Both the position numbers and the translations under genes were made by a program. From contig CBFIBM010000001.1 of the NCBI GenBank assembly GCA_965660855.1, positions 224,001 through 288,000 on the forward strand: 64,000 nt of DNA, written 5' to 3'. Shown piece after piece: positions 42,117 to 49,413 of the stretch (within the stretch, counting starts at the first letter, position 1; each line of letters opens with the position of its first letter). This DNA is from an uncultured bacterium (GTDB taxonomy: Bacteria > Fidelibacterota > Marinisomatia > Marinisomatales > UBA1611). The notes beneath the pieces were generated by a model. That model was given only the letters and a program-made list of their open reading frames with translations. It had not been told where the DNA came from and did not search any database.

Positions 42117-42683
42117 ATGATAAAAAATACAATTAGAATAATCTATTTGCTTATGTTTCTTTCACTTGGATATTCTCAAGAAAAAATACCAAACTTGAGA
42201 CTTAAAATGTTGAATGGAAAATATGCAAAAGTAAATGATTTTTTAAAAGATGGACCAATGATTATAGATTTTTGGGCTACTTGGTGTGAGCCATGTAAGA
42301 AACAGATGAAATATCTTAATATATTTAATAATCATTTTAAGGAAACTGGATTTAAAGTACTTGCTGTTAACACTGATACACCTAAAAGTATGAGTAAGGT
42401 TAAATCTTATGTCAGAACAAAAAAGTTTGAGTTTGACGTTGCAGTGGACCCGAATAGTCAGGTTAAAAAGAAAATGAAGGTTTTGCAAATGCCTACAACT
42501 ATTTTAGTTGATAAAACTGGACAAATAGTTTTTAGACATCAAGGATATTTACCTGGCGATGAACATGATATTCTTCAAGCTATTTATGGTTTAATGGATA
42601 AAAACAATACTAGTTATGAAAAACTTGATTTGAATAAGAACAATAAAAAACAAATTAAATCCGGTGCTGAAGTTGATTTTTAA
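42117..42683 (+). CDS. TlpA-family thiol:disulfide oxidoreductase (paralogue of 35221)
   Basis: DGPMIIDFWATWCEPC, MPT, RHQGY. Confidence 0.9.
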   Translation: MIKNTIRIIYLLMFLSLGYSQEKIPNLRLKMLNGKYAKVNDFLKDGPMIIDFWATWCEPCKKQMKYLNIFNNHFKETGFKVLAVNTDTPKSMSKVKSYVRTKKFEFDVAVDPNSQVKKKMKVLQMPTTILVDKTGQIVFRHQGYLPGDEHDILQAIYGLMDKNNTSYEKLDLNKNNKKQIKSGAEVDF

Positions 42684-44946
42684 TAAGCAAATAATTGTAT
42701 CATTCATATTGATACTTAGTAATTCAGATTTATTTTCCCAAATAACAGCTGGTGGGAACTCTATTCTAAAATTTGGCGAGAGTAAAAATGAATTTCACTA
42801 TTCAGAGGTTTTGCTGAATATGAACTTATCAAATGATTATTTGGAGACTTGGTTTCAATTCGAATACAGCAAACCACCTGAGATTGGGATGAGTATTAAT
42901 GGTCTGAGAAAATTTAGGATTGACTATTCTGATGGCCCTTTCGAATTATCTGTTGGAGATATATATAAAATTTGGGGGAGGGGGTTAATATTGAACCAGT
43001 TTGATGATCAGGATGTAAATCTTGATAATGGTTATAGAGGATTAAGTTTCAGTATAATAAAAGATAACTATACCATTGATTTAATATCTGGAATTTCAAA
43101 TATACATAGAATTAGTCAAGATTACTGGCAAAATATAGATCAAGAATCAAGAAAGCCAAATCATTTATCAAAACATTCTATGTTTGGTAGTGATTTAGAG
43201 TTTTTTCAAGGACCTTTTTCTCTAGGTTTATCCTTTCTTCAAAGTAGAGAGAATCATCCCATCAATAATCCGATCACGATGATGGCAGATAGTATTAATG
43301 TAATTCATCGAATAAATGGTTTAAGAGCCGGATATGAAGGCGGGCGTCTCGCCTCCTACTTAGAATTATCTGGAAAAAATACGCTATTATCTCAATCCGA
43401 AAGTCAAATATATAAGGAAAATTTTAATCCTTATAATGGCTTCAGTCTTTTTGGAAATATTAATTATTATTTTCAAAGTCAGCTTCTAGACGGATGGTCA
43501 TTAACAATGGAGTATAAAAACTACAATACAACAAAATTAAATACATCAGATAAAGACAATTTTGTTAAAAATTATGATATGAATTTAATTTTTACTCAAC
43601 CCCCGACTGTTTTAAGGGAACATAGCAGTGTATTTTTAGCTAGACTTATTCCTCAGGTAAATTTCAGCGATGAAGTAGGTTATCAATTTTCTCTTGTTGG
43701 TCCTATTATGGGGATAGGGTATTTTACTCTCAACTATCAAGCCGCAAGTAGAACAAACTTATGGGGTAAAACATACCCAGATACTGTAAATGCTATATTA
43801 TCTACTAAATGGGAAAGTGATAGTGCAGTTACCGTATTGCCATTCAGTGAAAAATCCGGACTGCCATACAATGAACTTTATCTTGAAATGGAAGGTTACA
43901 TAAAAAATATTAGGTATCAATTTGGCTTTGGTATCACAAACAAAATACCTGAATATCATTCGTCGTATAATAGTGGAAAGAATGGTGTCTGGGATAATGG
44001 TGAAGCGTTTGATGATTTAAATGGCAATAATATTTATGATATTGGAGAAAATTTTACTGATCTTTACAGTATAGTAAATGAAAAAATTGATAATAAAACT
44101 GTTACAGCCATTACAATACCTTCTCTTCTAAATTATAATTTAGGAAATGGGTGGAGTATTGATTTAAAATATGAATTTCAAAAGATTAAAAGTGGTACAA
44201 AATATTATAATTCATTGTCCTCTGATGAAGTATTCTATGATAGTAATGGAAATGGTGTTTGGGATATTGCAGAGTTATTTGAAGATAGTAATGGTGATGG
44301 TATTTGGAACCAAGCTGAAGAGACATGGTATGATTTATGGCAAAGTGGTTTAATACCCGATGAACAATTATACTACTATGATACTGACGGCGATGGTTTA
44401 TTTTCGGAGGGAGAATATTTTACTGATGCTGATGGAAATGGCATGTGGAATTCATCAGAAAACTTAATTGATGAAGATGGTGATGGAATATGGGATGATT
44501 CAGAGTATTTGGAGGATCTAAATAATGATGGAGTCTGGACAAAAAGTGGAGTGTATGAAGATAGGTATCAATCTAATTTTTATTCAAATGATTCAAAAAG
44601 TGGGTTGAGTATTCCTGAAGATTTTCAAAATAATCATCTGATATCACTCGGAATAGGAAAATCGCCTTATTGGTCACTATCTTTAACGGTTGAATCAAGT
44701 TCAACCTATGAATATGGTCCATTAAAAAATAGTGTTGTTAATCCTCTAGAGAGTTTCTTAGGTAATATTATTGATTTAAATAATAAGTGGATTGCTTTAG
44801 AATTTATGGTGAATATAAATTCAAATACTAGGCTCGATTTAATGTACGGTACGCAAAGGGGAGGGATTATTTGCAGTAATGGAATTTGTAGGTATGTTGA
44901 ACCTTTCGATGATGGATTTAAATTAGCGTTATCAACAGTATTTTAA
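42664..44946 (+). CDS. DUF6029-like outer-membrane barrel with inserted Ca-binding-like DxNGDGxWD repeats
   Basis: GDIYKIWGRGLILNQFDDQ, C-terminal QRGGIICSNGICRYVEPF...TVF. Confidence 0.7.
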   Translation: MLKLIFNKQIIVSFILILSNSDLFSQITAGGNSILKFGESKNEFHYSEVLLNMNLSNDYLETWFQFEYSKPPEIGMSINGLRKFRIDYSDGPFELSVGDIYKIWGRGLILNQFDDQDVNLDNGYRGLSFSIIKDNYTIDLISGISNIHRISQDYWQNIDQESRKPNHLSKHSMFGSDLEFFQGPFSLGLSFLQSRENHPINNPITMMADSINVIHRINGLRAGYEGGRLASYLELSGKNTLLSQSESQIYKENFNPYNGFSLFGNINYYFQSQLLDGWSLTMEYKNYNTTKLNTSDKDNFVKNYDMNLIFTQPPTVLREHSSVFLARLIPQVNFSDEVGYQFSLVGPIMGIGYFTLNYQAASRTNLWGKTYPDTVNAILSTKWESDSAVTVLPFSEKSGLPYNELYLEMEGYIKNIRYQFGFGITNKIPEYHSSYNSGKNGVWDNGEAFDDLNGNNIYDIGENFTDLYSIVNEKIDNKTVTAITIPSLLNYNLGNGWSIDLKYEFQKIKSGTKYYNSLSSDEVFYDSNGNGVWDIAELFEDSNGDGIWNQAEETWYDLWQSGLIPDEQLYYYDTDGDGLFSEGEYFTDADGNGMWNSSENLIDEDGDGIWDDSEYLEDLNNDGVWTKSGVYEDRYQSNFYSNDSKSGLSIPEDFQNNHLISLGIGKSPYWSLSLTVESSSTYEYGPLKNSVVNPLESFLGNIIDLNNKWIALEFMVNINSNTRLDLMYGTQRGGIICSNGICRYVEPFDDGFKLALSTVF

Positions 44947-45015
44947 TCTAGCTTTTAATGAAAAATATCAATAAATTGAAAATAATTACATAACTTCAAT
45001 TAAAACAAAACTTAC

Positions 45016-45909
45016 ATGAAAAAATTCATTTTAAAGTTTTTTATTTTATTTTCTATAACATTTCCCTCATTTGTTATATGTCAGGGTCAAATTATACAAG
45101 ATTTTTCCTACCCAATTTGTGCTAATGGTGATGGTGAAACAGTTTTAAATTTTTATGAATCATTCAACGGATCAGTAAACAATTGTGAGTATAAAGTAGT
45201 TCTTGCTACACTTTTCACCTCCTGGTGACCATCCTGTATGACGGAGGCTCCGGTTCTAGAAGAAATATTTAACACCTACAAAGATCAAGGATTAGAAGTT
45301 GTTGCATTTGGAGCCGACTGGTATCCTGATGGACCCTATACTTGTGAAGGGTGGGATCAACAATTTAATCTTTCTTACCCAATACTTGATTTTGAGACAG
45401 GATTAGAAAATTGGTATTGGGAGTCAGCTCCGTATGATTTATACCAGCCCGAGTTAGGTTGGGGGTTACCTTTTAATGTAATAATAAATCATGAGATGGA
45501 AGTTTTATGGGGTGCAGCAGCCAACTTTGAGGGTGATGTAATGGCTGAGGCTATAGGTGTTATTGAATCAGCTCTCCAAGCGTTGAATGAAGAATTTCCC
45601 GATGGTCCAGGGGATGATGATGGAGATGGAATAGCAAATGGTTGTGATCCTTGTCCAGAATCTCATTTACACCATCCTGGAAATTTTGATTTTTCTCAGG
45701 TTTATTCACATTTTGATAATGGTGCAGTCTTTGTACCATCTGTAGATATTTTTGATTTAATACTATTTTCAGATTATATAATGGATGGTGGCTACCTAAC
45801 TGATTGTATCTTAGAGGCGCACGATATTACCGGGGATGGTTATGTCAATCCTTTCGATGTTATAGCATTAGCTCAATTAATTCTTGGAAATGATTGGGGT
45901 TTAAATTAG
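45016..45909 (+). CDS. Putative selenoprotein: signal peptide + AhpC/TSA-TlpA-like fold (U71-P-S-C) + TSP3-like + dockerin-like domain, 297 aa
   Basis: Track ORFs 45016-45228 and 45238-45909 are in frame, joined as LFTSW-TGA(45226)-PSCMTEAP. Confidence 0.88.
45242..45252 (+). promoter_or_regulatory. SECIS-like hairpin 3
   Basis: CGGA-GGC-TCCG, loop 17 nt after TGA; same GGAGGCTCC core as hairpin 2. Confidence 0.65.
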
Positions 45910-45931
45910 CCTGATTATTTTCTTCTTATAA

Positions 45932-46855
45932 ATGAAATTATTTTATCATATTTTTCAGAAGAGTATTATTATTTTTGTTTTAATTTATACTTCTACCACT
46001 TCAGAAATGCAAGGTCAGGTAGCTGTAGGTGACACTATAAACCCTTCTCAATTAAGTTTACCAATTTGCGCTAATCAAGAACCCTTTGGCCCTTCAGAGC
46101 AATTTTTTGATATTTCGATTTATAATAACCCAGATCAAGATTCACAATCAAAAGTAATTTTACTTTCTATTTTTACATCATGGTGCGGATTTTGTCAAAC
46201 TGAAGCTACACACTTACAAGATTTACATACTGAATTTGCCGATGATGGATTGTTAGTTGTTTCAGCTGGAGGAGATTGGGGTTTTCCATATGATTGTGAG
46301 GGTTGGTCTAATGAATTTGATTTAAGTTATCCAATATTAGATTTTATGAATCCCTTTAATCCTAATTGGGGAGAAGCGCCATTAATGACCTATTTAGGAG
46401 TAGCTGCAATACCCTTTAATGTAATTATAGATCATAGGAACATAGTCTCAAATATTATAATAGGATATAATGAGGAAATATTGAACCTAGCTATTGAAGA
46501 TGCTCTTGAAGCAATGATTCAAGATAGTGATGGTGATGGAATTAATTCTGAAGCAGATAACTGTCCATCAATATTCAACCCAGGTCAATCTGATTTTGAC
46601 GGTGATGGCATAGGAGATGTCTGCGATGCTTGTGATAATCTTAATATATTTGTTAACGGAAATCTTAATGGTACATTAAATCTTGATCAAGAACCAACCA
46701 TTGATATTCTAGACTTATTGTTACTGGCCGACTTCCTTGAGGGATTACCAGATCAAAATATCTGTCATGAGGCTGCCTCTGATATTAATGAGGATTCTAA
46801 TATAAATTTACTTGATGTATTTTCACTTGCCTATCAAATTACTGGGCAAAATTAA
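45932..46855 (+). CDS. Secreted thioredoxin-fold protein (CGFC) + TSP3 + dockerin-like; Cys paralogue
   Basis: IFTSWCGFC; DSDGDGINSEADNC; IDILDLL and DINEDSNINLLDV. Confidence 0.85.
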   Translation: MKLFYHIFQKSIIIFVLIYTSTTSEMQGQVAVGDTINPSQLSLPICANQEPFGPSEQFFDISIYNNPDQDSQSKVILLSIFTSWCGFCQTEATHLQDLHTEFADDGLLVVSAGGDWGFPYDCEGWSNEFDLSYPILDFMNPFNPNWGEAPLMTYLGVAAIPFNVIIDHRNIVSNIIIGYNEEILNLAIEDALEAMIQDSDGDGINSEADNCPSIFNPGQSDFDGDGIGDVCDACDNLNIFVNGNLNGTLNLDQEPTIDILDLLLLADFLEGLPDQNICHEAASDINEDSNINLLDVFSLAYQITGQN

Positions 46856-47001
46856 AATAGGATAAAGGCCTTGAGCAAAGTTATACTTTTATCGTTGGTT
46901 ATTTATTATCAAATTTTGAACCTATATAAAAAGGTATCTATTTTGTATAATCAGGTTCTATTTACAAAATTTTAACAAAAATTATTTTAAAAAGATCAGT
47001 T

Positions 47002-47916
47002 TTGTTAAAAAAAAATTTTAAAAAAATAAATTACCTCAAAGTATTTACAATACTTTTATTGCAATCATTATTATATAGTCAAATTGCAATTGGTGATACT
47101 GTCTTTAATCTGCAATTACCAATATGTGCTAATTCTGATCCTGATATTCACGAACAGCAATATTTTGATATAAATGATTATAATGGTTTTCCCGAAAGTA
47201 CTATCAGCCCAAGGGTAATTCTTCTTGCAATCTTTACTTCATGGTGTGCGTATTGTCAAACTGAAGCGTTCCTTTTAGAAGATTTACATGAGGAGTATAT
47301 TGATGATGGATTATTGGTCCTTTCTGCTGGTGGTGATTGGGGCTTCCCATATGATTGTAGTGGTTGGGCAAATTCATTTAATTTAACTCATCCAATATTA
47401 AATTTTATGACAACTAATGTGGAAAGTTGGGAAGATGCTCAATTGATAAACTATTTGGGAGTTGGTATTGTACCACATGCTGTTGTAATTGATCATCGAA
47501 ATATTCTTTCAAACACCATTGTGGGTTATAATCCTAATGCTTTGAATCAAGCTGTTGAAAGTGCGCTTGAAACAATGGCTCAAGACCTTGATGGTGATGG
47601 AGTTTTATTTGATGATGATAATTGTCCTTCAATTCATAACCCAGAACAAATAGATATTGACAATGATAACCTTGGTGATGAATGTGATTTATGTGATAAT
47701 CTTAATAATTTTGTAATTGGCAATCTAAATGGTACACTAGATCAATTTCAGCAAGCAACCATTGATATTTTTGATTTATTGTTATTAACTGATTTTTTAG
47801 ATAATTCTTACGAGAATAATGTATGCTCTAACGCTGTATCCGATATTAATGGTGATAATTCTATAGATCTAATTGACGTATTTACGCTTGCTTATATTAT
47901 TTCAGAACAAAATTAA
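47002..47916 (+). CDS. Secreted thioredoxin-fold protein (CAYC) + TSP3 + dockerin-like; Cys paralogue
   Basis: IFTSWCAYC; DLDGDGVLFDDDNC; DINGDNSIDLIDV; close paralogue of 45932. Confidence 0.85.
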   Translation: MLKKNFKKINYLKVFTILLLQSLLYSQIAIGDTVFNLQLPICANSDPDIHEQQYFDINDYNGFPESTISPRVILLAIFTSWCAYCQTEAFLLEDLHEEYIDDGLLVLSAGGDWGFPYDCSGWANSFNLTHPILNFMTTNVESWEDAQLINYLGVGIVPHAVVIDHRNILSNTIVGYNPNALNQAVESALETMAQDLDGDGVLFDDDNCPSIHNPEQIDIDNDNLGDECDLCDNLNNFVIGNLNGTLDQFQQATIDIFDLLLLTDFLDNSYENNVCSNAVSDINGDNSIDLIDVFTLAYIISEQN

Positions 47917-47974
47917 AAAAAAATAAATTTTTTGAAAGGAAGTCTGTAATTTCAATCCTATTCAAAGAGTATAT

Positions 47975-48048
47975 GCGCCCGTAGCTCAACTGGATAGAGT
48001 GTCTGGCTACGGACCAGAAGGTTGGGGGTTCGAATCCTCCCGGGCGTA
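47975..48048 (+). tRNA. tRNA-Arg(ACG)
   Basis: GCGCCCG/CGGGCGT acceptor, anticodon arm TCTGG-CTACGGA-CCAGA, GTTCGAATC; CCA not encoded. Confidence 0.95.
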
Positions 48049-48056
48049 CTGACGAC

Positions 48057-48090
48057 AAACCCTTCTTTTCAGAGGGGTTTTTTGTTTTTT
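48057..48090 (+). terminator. Intrinsic terminator after tRNA-Arg
   Basis: AAACCCTTCT-tttc-AGAGGGGTTT followed by T-rich tract. Confidence 0.75.
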
Positions 48091-48157
48091 TGAAAGTGTA
48101 ATTTTGTGTAAATAAGATGCAGTAGACGGGATTAAGAATGTCCCAAAAATGTCCCAA

Positions 48158-48325
48158 TTACAACTGATTGATAATAGGGGATAGTTTATCTACATTAATA
48201 TGGACATATTGAGCAGTAACATCATCAGCCTTATGTCCTAATAGATATTTGGTATCCCACTTGGTAGCACCAAACTCTTTCAGGTGCGTAGAGAATGAAT
48301 CGCGAAGAGTATGCAAATCGCTATG
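48158..48325 (-). pseudogene. Tyrosine recombinase/integrase C-terminal remnant
   Basis: Minus-strand translation HSDLHTLRDSFSTHLKEFGATKWDTKYLLGHKADDVTAQYVHINVDKLSPIINQL*: HxLR, LGH and catalytic Y; no in-frame ATG before the upstream stop. Confidence 0.85.
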
Positions 48326-48566
48326 AATTATATTTAATGTAGAATTTTTGTAATATTCATATCTTGAGTAATTTATTTTTTTTATAAAGTTTTTTAAATG
48401 AAAATAATCATTAATGATTATTCAATCTATTTACTTATTAATCTTGATTAATTCTTTTTCGTTTGCTCAGGAAACATGATTTATTTAAAATTTGCCATAA
48501 ACTGACTATTGAGCTTATATTCTAGTAGAGTAAAGTACTCACGAGGTAAGTGAAAAAGTTAAATAA

Positions 48567-49403
48567 TTGAAGATCACACGGTGCGGTGTGTCTTATATGG
48601 AGTTCAACATGTCGAAAAGAATGAATAGTTCTATTCTTATTCGTGCAGTTCAAATTATAATTTGGACTAGCCTATTTCTACTTATTTTAACCCCCACATC
48701 CCTAATATATGGTCAGGATGCTGAAGATGATGTTGAAGAATATTTTGGAGATGATGATGAATATTTAGATGATGAAGAATACCTTGATGATGAAGAATAC
48801 CTTGATGATGATGAATATGACGATGAATATGACGATGAAGAATATGATGATGAAGAATATGACGATGAAGAATATGAGGATGAAGAATATGAGGATGAAA
48901 TTCTTGAGGATAGTGCTGAAAATTTAGGTTACACAATTGACCTCGCTCTCGGTTCACCGCGATTCACAAATAGAGTACTCATGGATTGGACTTCTGCAGT
49001 CGACCTTCGGGCAAGTGTAGAGTTTCCAATTTTAATGCAATTGCTTGGTGCAAATTTTAGATTTGGTGCTGAAGTTGGTTCTTTCAAGTTTGAGAATGCT
49101 ATTCCTAAAGAAGAGGCAGATGGAAGCCTCCTTCAATTAGGTGAGACAATAAGTGGCATTACTGCTATGGGTATTGTTTCGTTTCCAGCAGGACCGGGAA
49201 AAATTAAATTTGGTGCTGGTCTTGTAGGCTCTTCTCCAGGTTTTTCCATGGAAGCTTCATACGGTATACGCATAGGTGAAATGGTAGAGATAAGAGGTGG
49301 GATTAGATCTACAGAAGCATTAAATACGAAAACTTCTGAATCCAATGAACTTGGTAGGGCGGGTTGGATGGATGGACAAATTGTTTTAGGTGTAAACCTT
49401 TAA
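48567..49403 (+). CDS. Secreted/outer-membrane protein with acidic DDEEY repeat and small beta-barrel-like C-domain
   Basis: Signal-like segment ending LIYG|Q, acidic repeat, alternating Gly/hydrophobic strands ending LGVNL; true start probably later (48597-48621). Confidence 0.6.
   Translation: MKITRCGVSYMEFNMSKRMNSSILIRAVQIIIWTSLFLLILTPTSLIYGQDAEDDVEEYFGDDDEYLDDEEYLDDEEYLDDDEYDDEYDDEEYDDEEYDDEEYEDEEYEDEILEDSAENLGYTIDLALGSPRFTNRVLMDWTSAVDLRASVEFPILMQLLGANFRFGAEVGSFKFENAIPKEEADGSLLQLGETISGITAMGIVSFPAGPGKIKFGAGLVGSSPGFSMEASYGIRIGEMVEIRGGIRSTEALNTKTSESNELGRAGWMDGQIVLGVNL
48750..48899 (+). repeat. Coding tandem repeat D-D-E-E-Y(-L), 12-18 nt units
   Basis: gatgatgaagaata[t/c] units read directly. 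Confidence 0.85.
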
Positions 49404-49413
49404 AATCTAAACA

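Noticed and set aside
34254..45228. The three TGA-split genes as pseudogenes
   Set aside because: Same catalytic position in three genes of two families, no other lesions, and hairpins specific to the TGA copies. Not formally excluded without the Sec machinery.
47897..48157. 86-aa minus-strand ORF
   Set aside because: Antisense shadow of tRNA-Arg and its terminator.
48682..48957. His-rich minus-strand ORF
   Set aside because: Antisense translation of the GAT/GAA acidic repeat.
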